Source of the DNA: Pseudomonadota bacterium
Lineage (GTDB): Bacteria; Desulfobacterota; Desulfobacteria; Desulfobacterales; JBDRRP01
Direction: 5' to 3'
Assembly (NCBI GenBank): GCA_043825735.1
Contig: JBDRRP010000158.1
Location: 1 to 64,000 of the forward strand
DNA length: 64,000 nucleotides
Shown: positions 31,037 through 39,526 of the stretch, one piece after another
Position numbering within the stretch: position 1 is the stretch's first letter
How the letters are laid out: every line of letters starts with the position of its first letter
Notes under the pieces: model-generated
Database searches by the model: none
Told to the model about the DNA's origin: nothing
The model's input: the letters and a program-made list of their open reading frames with translations, nothing else
Translations under genes and position numbers: made by a program

Positions 31037-31867
31037 ATGAAAACCGTTTTCGTCGGATGCGTGCAGATCGGATACACTGTGCTTCAGCGGTTTTACGAGG
31101 CCGGTGGCAGGGTCGATCTGGTGGTGACCCTGGACCGGGGGCAGGCTTTGAAGACTTCGGGCTATGTCGATTTTCACCCGCTGGCCGCGGCCAACGGGTC
31201 TGCCGTGCTGGACACGACAGACATCAACGCACCGAAGACCGTCGCGGCCATGTACGCCCTGGCACCGGACGTCACCATCGTCTGCGGGTGGCAGCAGATG
31301 CTTGGAAAGGCGGTCCTATCGGTTGCCACCCACGGCACCGTGGGGTTTCACTCCTCACTACTTCCCCGATACCGGGGGCACGCCCCGGTCAATTGGGCCA
31401 TCATTCTCGGGGAAAAAAAGACCGGCGCCACCTTCTTCTTTCTCGACCACCGTGCCGACTGCGGCGACATCATCGACCAGGAAACCTTCGACATCACCCT
31501 GGCCGACGATTGCGCCACGGTTTACGCCAAGTCGGCCGAAGCCTGCGCGCGGATGCTGATTGCCCATCTGCCGGCCATCGCCGACGGCACCGTAGCGCGC
31601 CGGCACAACCCCTCGGCCAGCTACCCGGCCTATCCACGGCGGCGACCCGAAGACGGGCTCATCGATTTCGACCGGTCGGCCCTGGACGTCTACAACTGGA
31701 TCCGGGCCCTGAGCCGGCCGTATCCGGGCGCATTCTTCTATCGCGGCGAAGAAAAAATTCGGGTCTGGCGCGCCGAGATCGGTGAAAAGCCGGGCGAGGG
31801 CCGCCTGATCATGAAAACCGCCGACCTGCCCGTCACCCTGACCGACTGGGAGGTCTGCCATGACTGA
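31037..31867 (+). CDS. Sugar N-formyltransferase (Fmt/ArnA-N-like)
   Basis: GFHSSLLPRYRGHAPVNWAI, ADCGDII, RALSRPYPGAF. Confidence 0.9.
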   Translation: MKTVFVGCVQIGYTVLQRFYEAGGRVDLVVTLDRGQALKTSGYVDFHPLAAANGSAVLDTTDINAPKTVAAMYALAPDVTIVCGWQQMLGKAVLSVATHGTVGFHSSLLPRYRGHAPVNWAIILGEKKTGATFFFLDHRADCGDIIDQETFDITLADDCATVYAKSAEACARMLIAHLPAIADGTVARRHNPSASYPAYPRRRPEDGLIDFDRSALDVYNWIRALSRPYPGAFFYRGEEKIRVWRAEIGEKPGEGRLIMKTADLPVTLTDWEVCHD

Positions 31868-32693
31868 GCCGCGCCGGCGCGTCACCGCCGAGACCTGGCG
31901 CGATTATCCGGAGACCGACCTTTTCCTGGAGCTTCCCGGCGCCCTGGTCCTGGCCCTGGACTGGCTCGATTGGGACAGCCGGTTTTTCGGCCTGCCCTGT
32001 TACCGGCTTTTTGCCGGCGACTGCCGCGTTTGTGACGGTGCCGTCGACACCGGGGCGTTGATGATGGCGGCCGCCCAATTTCCCCGGTGCGCGGTCTGGG
32101 CCAAGGTGCCGCCGCAAGCGCCGCCGGCCCTGACCGAGGCCATTCAGGCGTTGGGTGGAAAATTCATCGAAACCGAACTGACTCTGGGCCACAACGGGAC
32201 CGCCGCGGCTCCGGCGACAGTGGCCGGGGTGAAGATCCGCGAGGCCGACACGCTGGCGCGGACCGGCTTTCTGGAACTGGGCCGGACCTTTTCCCTGACC
32301 CGGTTTCACACGGATCCGCGCATCGGAAAAGACCGCGCCGACGCCCTGTGGACAGAATACCTGAGAAATTTTCGCCTTTCCCCGGACCGGCGCGCCTTTT
32401 TGGCCGAAGCCGACGGGCGTATCGTCGGTGCGGTTTTGGCCAGCGCGGGCGATGCGGTCAACGTTATAGACATCGTGGCGGTTGCCCCCGCCTTCGCCGG
32501 CCGGGGGATTGGCCGGGCACTGCTCCAGGCGTCACTTTCCTGGAGCATCGCCACCGGCCGGGGCTGCACCGTGGCCACCCAGCACCGCAACACCGGCGCC
32601 ATCGCCTTTTACCGGAAAAACGGGTTTGGGCGACTGGAGTCGGCAACGCCGGTCTTCCATCTATGGACCGCAGATCGGGTAGGCGCATCATGA
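31860..32693 (+). CDS. GNAT N-acyltransferase (WecD/SpsD-like)
   Basis: LDWDSRFFG, TRFHTDPRI, AVAPAFAGRGIGRALL (motif A), VATQHRNTGAIAFYRKNGF. Confidence 0.85.
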   Translation: MTEPRRRVTAETWRDYPETDLFLELPGALVLALDWLDWDSRFFGLPCYRLFAGDCRVCDGAVDTGALMMAAAQFPRCAVWAKVPPQAPPALTEAIQALGGKFIETELTLGHNGTAAAPATVAGVKIREADTLARTGFLELGRTFSLTRFHTDPRIGKDRADALWTEYLRNFRLSPDRRAFLAEADGRIVGAVLASAGDAVNVIDIVAVAPAFAGRGIGRALLQASLSWSIATGRGCTVATQHRNTGAIAFYRKNGFGRLESATPVFHLWTADRVGAS

Positions 32694-32878
32694 CCCTGAC
32701 AGCCGCAACGATCACAGCCAAACTCACCGATCTGGGCGTAGGGCAAGGAGACCGCCTGCTGGTCCACAGCGCCTACAGCACTCTCGAGGAAGTGGACGGC
32801 GGCGTTGAAACGGTGGTTGCGGCACTGCTTGCAGCTGTTGGCAAGTCCGGCACCGTCGTCTTTTATCCAGAATTTTAA
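32690..32878 (+). pseudogene. Truncated AAC(3)-family N-acetyltransferase (5-prime remnant)
   Basis: ATGA-coupled start; LGVGQGDRLLVHSAYSTLEEVDGGVETVVAALLAAVGKSGTVVF matches the AAC(3) N-terminus, then TAA after 62 aa. Confidence 0.75.
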
Positions 32879-32911
32879 TCTCTTCGCTTACCTGGCAAAA
32901 AGGAAAGAAAG

Positions 32912-33805
32912 ATGCATCCAAACGAAATACTTGAGGCATACTCGCGAGGCGAGAATGTTATTGAGTGGCTTCGGAAAGCCTCCGGCGCTATCTCGAACAC
33001 CGAAGAGATCATCGAGACTTCCTATGACATCCGCACGGGTTCTTATGACACCACGCTTCAGAAACCTGAAACCTGGAGCTTCAAACGAGATTACGGACTG
33101 GCTCTGGCTTCGGAAATTGAAGCTCTCACCATACCAAAAAGCGTATTAGAGGCTGGCGTGGGGGAAGGGAAAACCATGTCTTTCCTAAAAAATTCATTTG
33201 AAGTCCAGCCTGACTACTTGCATGGGTTTGACATCTCCTGGTCAAGAATCGCTGCGTGTCGGAAATGGTTGGATAGTCATGGGCCCAACAACATATTCCT
33301 TTCCGTTGCGAGGTTACGCCATGCGCCTTATGCTGACAGCTCATTCGATATCGTCTATACCTCACACGCTATCGAGCCCAATGGGGGCAAGGAGCGCTCA
33401 ATTCTTGCAGAACTCTTTCGAATTACCTCTCGGTATCTTATTCTTCTGGAACCTGGCTATGAAATGGCTACCGAGGCCTCTCGCCAGAGGATGAAAAAAC
33501 TTGGCTATTGCACCGGATTGGTAAGACACGCAACGGATCTGGGTATGAAGGTGGTCAAGCACGCCATGTTTCCGTTCACTGAAAACCCGCTAAATCCGAC
33601 GGCGATCACGGTGATCGAAAAAAATGAGGGGGCACCAACCGTTATTCCAAGGCTTGTGTGTCCGAATTATGGGACACCGCTTGTGGACTATCCTGATTCC
33701 CTATATTCAGCTGCCGCTCTAAGGGCTTATCCAAAGCTTTTAGGCATCCCTTGCCTCAGGCGTGAAGACGGAATTATTGCCAGCTCATACGAGAAGTACT
33801 TATAA
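32912..33805 (+). CDS. Class I SAM methyltransferase with Trm112-like C-terminal extension
   Basis: VLEAGVGEG, GFDISWSR, SFDIVYTSHAIEPNGG; tail LVCP...YPKLLGIPCL; visibly AT-richer than its neighbours. Confidence 0.85.
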   Translation: MHPNEILEAYSRGENVIEWLRKASGAISNTEEIIETSYDIRTGSYDTTLQKPETWSFKRDYGLALASEIEALTIPKSVLEAGVGEGKTMSFLKNSFEVQPDYLHGFDISWSRIAACRKWLDSHGPNNIFLSVARLRHAPYADSSFDIVYTSHAIEPNGGKERSILAELFRITSRYLILLEPGYEMATEASRQRMKKLGYCTGLVRHATDLGMKVVKHAMFPFTENPLNPTAITVIEKNEGAPTVIPRLVCPNYGTPLVDYPDSLYSAAALRAYPKLLGIPCLRREDGIIASSYEKYL

Positions 33806-33809
33806 AGGA

Positions 33810-34475
33810 ATGCTCTTGAAACAAACCCTCGATCAGACCAATCCGCTCTACTTCGACCTGGTCCGGGAACGAACCGAAAAAAAGACCGCGTTGGACTGCT
33901 TCGTTCAGACCCGGCGTCTTCTGGCACAATACGCCCCGGTCGCCAACTGCCTCGACGTGGGGTGCGCATCGGGCTACCTACACCATCACATCGGCGATCT
34001 GGTGGGAACCTATCACGGGCTCGATGCTTCGGCGGCTTTTGTCGACTACGGGCAGGAGATCCTGGCGCGGGAAGGGGCCAACAACGTAGTGCTCCATCAC
34101 GGATGGTTCGAGGATTTTTCGCCGCCTCATCGCTTTGACGCCCTGATCTGCCTCGGACTCTTTTACGTTTTTCCCAACTTTCACCGGTATCTGGACCAGA
34201 TGATGGCCATGACCCGCAAGGTGATCGTCATCCGGTCCCTTTTTGCCGAGACGACCGAGATTCGCTACGTACCCGAAAATCCTGGCTCTGAGAACTGGAC
34301 CTATTACAATATCTACGGCCTCGACGAGGTGAGCGGTTTCATCGCGCAAAGGGGCTGGCAGGCGCGATGGTTCGAAGACGATTACATCCAGCGCATCGGC
34401 GGGAAATACGAAACGGCAGGACTGCCGTTTCCCTTCAAGTTTCTGGAAATTGTCCCAAAAGGCATAGAAAAATGA
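33810..34475 (+). CDS. Class I SAM methyltransferase
   Basis: CLDVGCASG, YHGLDAS, RFDALIC; start uncertain. Confidence 0.8.
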   Translation: MLLKQTLDQTNPLYFDLVRERTEKKTALDCFVQTRRLLAQYAPVANCLDVGCASGYLHHHIGDLVGTYHGLDASAAFVDYGQEILAREGANNVVLHHGWFEDFSPPHRFDALICLGLFYVFPNFHRYLDQMMAMTRKVIVIRSLFAETTEIRYVPENPGSENWTYYNIYGLDEVSGFIAQRGWQARWFEDDYIQRIGGKYETAGLPFPFKFLEIVPKGIEK

Positions 34476-36145
34476 AACCAGTGACGTCCAAATTCAAAAC
34501 CGTGGTCCTGATCTCTTTCAACGACCGAATCTGCCTGAGCACACGGGTCCTTTCCGCCCACCTGCGGGCAGCGGGTCACCGACCCTATCTGTTCTTTTTA
34601 AAAGACGACCGGTCTTCCGCTATCGACGACTTCAACTGCGATGCCGGGTTCTACCAGTACCTGTTCAACGATAAGATCATGGGATCCATGGGAGACATCA
34701 ACCCGGCCACGGAGACCGAGATGAGACTTCTGGCGGCACAGGTGGTGCAGATCGCGCCGGACGTGGTGGGCGTCAGTGCCCGGACGGCGACTTGTGGCAT
34801 GGCGCGCGCCGTGGTGCAGCGGCTGCGTCGGGTGATGCCGCAGGCCCGCTACATCGGCGGCGGTTACGGCCCCACGGCCGAGCCGGAAAAATTTCTGGAA
34901 TTTCTCGATTTCGTCTGCCTGGGCGAAGGTGAGCGGGTGGTGGCCGACCTGGTGGTCGCAGAAGATCCCACAACGGTTGCCAATGTGGCCTGGATTGAAG
35001 ATGGCCGGCTGCGCCACAATACCCTGGCGCCGCCGGTGAATCTGGACAACGCCCTGTGGCCGGACTGGTCGCCCGAGGACAAATTTCTCATTGAGGACGA
35101 TGCCGTAACGCCCATCGCCGCCTGCTACGACACCAAGACCTACGACATCTTCACCACCCGGGGCTGCCCCAACGCCTGCACCTACTGCATGGCCAGCCAC
35201 TGGAACCGGACCTACCGGCACTACGGCACCCGGGGCATGCCCGGGATCCGGTTGCGCGCGCCCGAATCGGTGATCGCCGAACTGGAACACGCCAAGGCCG
35301 CCTTCGGCATCTGCCGGGTCTATTTCAAGGACTCCATCTTCGGGTTCTCCAGAAAATGGTTCGACCGGTTCATGGATCTCTACGACCGGCGGATCGGGGT
35401 TCCCTTCATCTGCTTTCTCGAACCCAATTTCACCGACGAGGCGCGCATCAAGCGTCTCAAGGCCTCGGGCATGGACAAGACCACCGTGGGGATCCAGGCG
35501 GCCAGCGAATCGGTTCGGAAGACCATCATGGGCCGCACCTCCACCGATGACGACCTGGTGGAATATGCCGGGATGCTGATTCGAAACGGGGTGGGCATCC
35601 ACTACGACATCATGCACTGGAACCCCTTCGACACCCTGGAGACCCTGGAAGCCGGGGTGCGGTTTCTGAAAAGGCTTCCCAAGGGCGAAGACGTGCTGGT
35701 GAGCCAGACCCACATTTTTCCGGGAAGCCGGCTCGACGGGCTGCAGAACGCCCGGCGGCCCGAACCGCTGCCTTTCGACGCCCATGTCTACTACGCCTGG
35801 CTCTTTCAGATGATCCTCTATTCCGATGAGACCGAGGCATTGGCAGAGAAGGCCATGGGCGATCCCGCATTCGCACGGGACCCGTCCCGGCTCAGAGACC
35901 TGTTCCGAAGCGCCATCGCCAGAATGGACACCGGATTCGGCATCGCGGCTTCCCGGGATATCGAAAAGGGGGAGATGGTGACCAGCGTCATGATCGAGCG
36001 TTTCAAGACCCAAAAACAGGCCAGCCTGGCCTGGGACGAAAAACACCGGGTGCTTACCCACATCGCCCGCCGGTTCATCCCCCGGGGAGGCTTGATACGG
36101 ACCGAGGATTTCTTCGGGAAATACGATTACAAGTATGAAGGCTGA
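34472..36145 (+). CDS. Cobalamin-dependent radical SAM enzyme fused to a C-terminal SAF domain
   Basis: PDVVGVS, IGGGYGPT, CLGEGE B12-binding region; TRGCPNACTYC; GIQAAS; tail IAASRDIEKGEMVT...IARRFIPRGGLI; ATGA overlap. Confidence 0.85.
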   Translation: MKPVTSKFKTVVLISFNDRICLSTRVLSAHLRAAGHRPYLFFLKDDRSSAIDDFNCDAGFYQYLFNDKIMGSMGDINPATETEMRLLAAQVVQIAPDVVGVSARTATCGMARAVVQRLRRVMPQARYIGGGYGPTAEPEKFLEFLDFVCLGEGERVVADLVVAEDPTTVANVAWIEDGRLRHNTLAPPVNLDNALWPDWSPEDKFLIEDDAVTPIAACYDTKTYDIFTTRGCPNACTYCMASHWNRTYRHYGTRGMPGIRLRAPESVIAELEHAKAAFGICRVYFKDSIFGFSRKWFDRFMDLYDRRIGVPFICFLEPNFTDEARIKRLKASGMDKTTVGIQAASESVRKTIMGRTSTDDDLVEYAGMLIRNGVGIHYDIMHWNPFDTLETLEAGVRFLKRLPKGEDVLVSQTHIFPGSRLDGLQNARRPEPLPFDAHVYYAWLFQMILYSDETEALAEKAMGDPAFARDPSRLRDLFRSAIARMDTGFGIAASRDIEKGEMVTSVMIERFKTQKQASLAWDEKHRVLTHIARRFIPRGGLIRTEDFFGKYDYKYEG

Positions 36146-36337
36146 GGCTGCGTCTGTTGGAGCGGTTTCAGTCCGGACGGCCTTTTCCAGAGACCCGGTT
36201 CAATGCAGGACGCGGGAAGACAATCTTTTTGCGGGATCATCACCATTTTCGGCCTGGATTTTGCTGTTCCTTGGGTGCAGTTTTGCCGTTTCGCGCTGAG
36301 ACAACCGTGTGCACTCAAGCATCAAGTGTTACTCAAC

Positions 36338-37168
36338 ATGATGAAAAAACAGTCAAATTGCGTTGCCATCGTCCAGGCACGCCTCTCCTCGACCCGGCTT
36401 CCAGGCAAGGTACTGGCCCCGGTGGCAGGGCTTGAAATCCTCGGTCACGTGCTGGCGCGGCTGACGGTGTGCCAATATATCGACAACATCATCGTCGCCA
36501 CCACGACCAACCCGGCCGACGACCCTCTGCTGGATTACCTTGAGACATCCTTTCCTCACATCGGCCGCTTCCGTGGCGAGGAAGACGACGTGCTGGACCG
36601 GTACCGGTCGGCCGCCCGGGCATTTGCGGCCGATACCGTGGTCCGGGTGACCTCGGATTCGCCGCTGATCGATCCGGCGGTGGTGGATGCCGTGGCCTGC
36701 GTGCGCGCTGACGGCGGTTACGATTACGCCAGCAATTCCCTGGCGCCGACCCTGCCCGACGGGCTGGACGCCGAGTGCTTTACCATGGAAGCCCTGGACC
36801 GGGCATGGCAGGCGGCGCGCCGGGCCGAGGAGCGTGAGCACGTCACCCCGTATCTGCGGATGCATCCGGAGCGCTTTAGCCTGGCCAACGTGTCCTGGCG
36901 CCGGAATCTGTCCGGTCTTTGCTGGGCCGTGGACACCCCGGCGGATCTGGACTTCGTGCAGGCCCTCGCGGCGCATCTGGACATCAGGGACCCGGCCAAC
37001 TACGCATTCGAGCGGGTCCTGGCCGTTTTGGACGCCCATCCGGAGGTGACCGCCCTAAACGGCGGGGCCGTGCGCGATCACAAACTCATCGCTCAGCTAC
37101 CGGAGATTTTTACCGCGCACGGGGCGCGCTTTGCCCATCATGCCGCGCCCCTGGAGAGCCTGTCATGA
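36338..37168 (+). CDS. spsF: SpsF-like acylneuraminate cytidylyltransferase
   Basis: IVQARLSSTRLPGKVL, FRGEEDDVLDRY, VRVTSDSPLIDP, PDGLDAE, REHVTPY, AVDTPADL. Confidence 0.88.
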   Translation: MMKKQSNCVAIVQARLSSTRLPGKVLAPVAGLEILGHVLARLTVCQYIDNIIVATTTNPADDPLLDYLETSFPHIGRFRGEEDDVLDRYRSAARAFAADTVVRVTSDSPLIDPAVVDAVACVRADGGYDYASNSLAPTLPDGLDAECFTMEALDRAWQAARRAEEREHVTPYLRMHPERFSLANVSWRRNLSGLCWAVDTPADLDFVQALAAHLDIRDPANYAFERVLAVLDAHPEVTALNGGAVRDHKLIAQLPEIFTAHGARFAHHAAPLESLS

Positions 37169-38136
37169 ACTACCCCTTCTTCAAGCCCGGGTCATATACT
37201 TTTTTTACCCGGGAGGCCATTTTTCAGGGCGGGGACGACTACCCCAAGATGCTCAACATCGAGCCGACCAATCACTGCAACTTCAATTGCGTCATGTGCT
37301 CCCGGCGCCGCTCGGGGCGGCCCCTGGGGTTCATGTCGCTCGATCTGTTCGATGCCATTTTAGCCGACATCCGCCGGTGTAAAAAGACCATCCGGTGGCT
37401 CACCTTTCACAACGACGGCGAGCCGCTGCTTCATCCGGATCTGGCCGAGATGGTTCGTATGGCCAAGTCTTCGGGGGGCGTGGAACATGTTCACTTTAAC
37501 ACCAACGGTCAGCTCCTCACCGAGGATAAGGCCGCGGCGCTGGTCGAGGCCGGCCTCGATGATCTTACCGTGAGCATCGACGCCCTGACCCCGGAAACCT
37601 TCGCCAGGGTCAAGCGCGCCGGCGATCTTGAAACCGTTACGGCGAACACCCGAAGACTGATGGCCGTCAAACGCGCTCTCGGCCGGCCCACACCGTGGGT
37701 CCGGGCCAAGATCATCGACATGCCCCTGACCGCCGGGGAGCTTGACGGATTTTGCGATTTCTGGCGCCCCCTGGTGGATGAAGTGCAGGTGCAGCCTATT
37801 CACAACGCCGGCGGCGGGATCGGCGTCGATGCCCCGGCCGGCAGTGCGGAGCGCTATCCCTGCGCGCTGCCCTGGTATGCCCTGGCCGTCAACTGGGACG
37901 GTACCGTCTCTCCGTGCTGTGTCGATCTTTCCGGCGAAAACATCGTGGGTGACCTGCGCGTCGATACCCTTCAGGCGGTTTTCGTCGACGGACCGATCCG
38001 CACCTACCGGGAAAAAATGCGCAGCGGTCAAGAGGCGTCGCTTTCCCCCTGCGCCGGTTGCAACGTCTGGAAAAACGGCGTCAATATTTTCGAAGCCGAC
38101 GATCAAGAACACCGGAGTCTACACCATGCCGCCTGA
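37165..38136 (+). CDS. Radical SAM protein with SPASM/twitch domain
   Basis: IEPTNHCNFNCVMC, GEPLLHP, NTNG, CALPW...PCCVD...CAGC; ATGA overlap with spsF. Confidence 0.9.
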   Translation: MNYPFFKPGSYTFFTREAIFQGGDDYPKMLNIEPTNHCNFNCVMCSRRRSGRPLGFMSLDLFDAILADIRRCKKTIRWLTFHNDGEPLLHPDLAEMVRMAKSSGGVEHVHFNTNGQLLTEDKAAALVEAGLDDLTVSIDALTPETFARVKRAGDLETVTANTRRLMAVKRALGRPTPWVRAKIIDMPLTAGELDGFCDFWRPLVDEVQVQPIHNAGGGIGVDAPAGSAERYPCALPWYALAVNWDGTVSPCCVDLSGENIVGDLRVDTLQAVFVDGPIRTYREKMRSGQEASLSPCAGCNVWKNGVNIFEADDQEHRSLHHAA

Positions 38137-39433
38137 CCACCGATCCCTGAAGCGCTCCAGAGACTATCTGGCCCGGGCTGAAAAAGTCCTTCCCGGCTAC
38201 GCGTCGTGCTACAGCCGGGCGCCGCTGTCCTATGCCCGGGGAAGCTATCCTTCCTATGTGGAGCAGGGAAGGGGGTGTGAGCTGATCGACGTGGACGGAA
38301 ACGTCTACATCGACACGACCATGGGACTTTGTCCCGTGATTCTGGGATACTCCCATCCGAGCACCCTTGGGGCACTGGCCAAATATGCCGAAAAGGGGCC
38401 GCTCTTCACACTGCCCCACCGGCTGGAAGTCGAACTGGCGGAAAAGATGGTGGAGATGATTCCGTGCGCTGAGATGGTGCGTTTCGGCAAAAACGGGGCG
38501 GACGCCACCACCGCCGCCGTCCGGCTGGCACGGGAAGTCACCGGCCGGGACCATATCGCCATGTGCGGCTACCACGGCTGGCAGGACTGGTACATCGTCA
38601 CCACGGACCAAAACGGCGGCATCCCCAACGCGGTGGCACCGTTCTCACACAAGTTCGTCTACAACGATATCGACTCCCTGAGCGCCCTTTTCGATAGGCA
38701 TCCCGGTCAGATCGCCTGCGTGATCATGGAGCCCATGAGCGTGGTCTGGCCCGATCCGGGGTATCTTGAAGCGGTCAAGACCCTGACCCATAGAAACGGC
38801 GCGCTTCTGATTTTTGACGAGATCGTCACGGGTTTCCGCTGGGCACTGAAAGGCGCCCAGGGCTATTTCGGCGTCACACCGGACCTGGCTACTTTTGCCA
38901 AGTGCATGTCCAACGGATTTCCCATATCGGCCCTGGCCGGCCGGGCCGATCTCATGAGCCGTTTCGCCCTGGGCCATGCCTTCTGGTCCACCACTTATGG
39001 CAACGAGAGCCTGTCCATGGCGGTGGCCCTGGAGACATTGACCTATCTGCAGGAAAACCCGGTTATCGACTTTATCTGGGTGCAGGGGAAAACACTTCAC
39101 GAAGGGTTCAACGCCATCGCAGCGGAAAACGGGCTGGGCGAATACGTCGAATCCGTGGGCGCGCCGCCCAGAAGCGTTCAGATTTTCCGCAATCTGGAAA
39201 AGACGCCGGATTTGGCCGTGAAGACCCTGTTTCAGCAGGAGTGCGTGCGCCGCGGCGTGATCACCCTAGGCTGTCACAACGTCAGTTACGCCCACACGGA
39301 CCCCTATGTGGAAAGGATTTTATCGGTCTACCGGGAAGTGCTGGGCGTCATGGGGGAGATTTACCGAAAAGGTGACCGGGCCGAAGACTACCTCGACGGT
39401 CCCCCGGCCGAGCCGGTGTTCCGGCGGATCTGA
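38126..39433 (+). CDS. Class III PLP aminotransferase (glutamate-1-semialdehyde aminomutase-like, glycan-locus type)
   Basis: DVDGNVYID, RFGKNGADAT, GYHGWQDW, IFDEIVTGFR, DLATFAKCMSNG; GGAG RBS. Confidence 0.9.
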   Translation: MPPDHRSLKRSRDYLARAEKVLPGYASCYSRAPLSYARGSYPSYVEQGRGCELIDVDGNVYIDTTMGLCPVILGYSHPSTLGALAKYAEKGPLFTLPHRLEVELAEKMVEMIPCAEMVRFGKNGADATTAAVRLAREVTGRDHIAMCGYHGWQDWYIVTTDQNGGIPNAVAPFSHKFVYNDIDSLSALFDRHPGQIACVIMEPMSVVWPDPGYLEAVKTLTHRNGALLIFDEIVTGFRWALKGAQGYFGVTPDLATFAKCMSNGFPISALAGRADLMSRFALGHAFWSTTYGNESLSMAVALETLTYLQENPVIDFIWVQGKTLHEGFNAIAAENGLGEYVESVGAPPRSVQIFRNLEKTPDLAVKTLFQQECVRRGVITLGCHNVSYAHTDPYVERILSVYREVLGVMGEIYRKGDRAEDYLDGPPAEPVFRRI

Positions 39434-39526
39434 AAGGATCGATGCGCAGTTCACTTTCATCAACGACGGCCCTTGCCCGGTGGCGGTTCAGGCCGGCCAA
39501 CCGGAAATGGCAGTGTGAGGTTTGAT

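Noticed and set aside
31037..31867. Housekeeping fmt (Met-tRNA formyltransferase)
   Set aside because: No def neighbour and no GTPxFA N-terminus; context indicates a sugar formyltransferase
38126..39433. hemL (tetrapyrrole biosynthesis) assignment
   Set aside because: RFGKNG/GYHGWQDW type and embedding in a spsF/neuB operon fit the glycan-associated class III aminotransferases better
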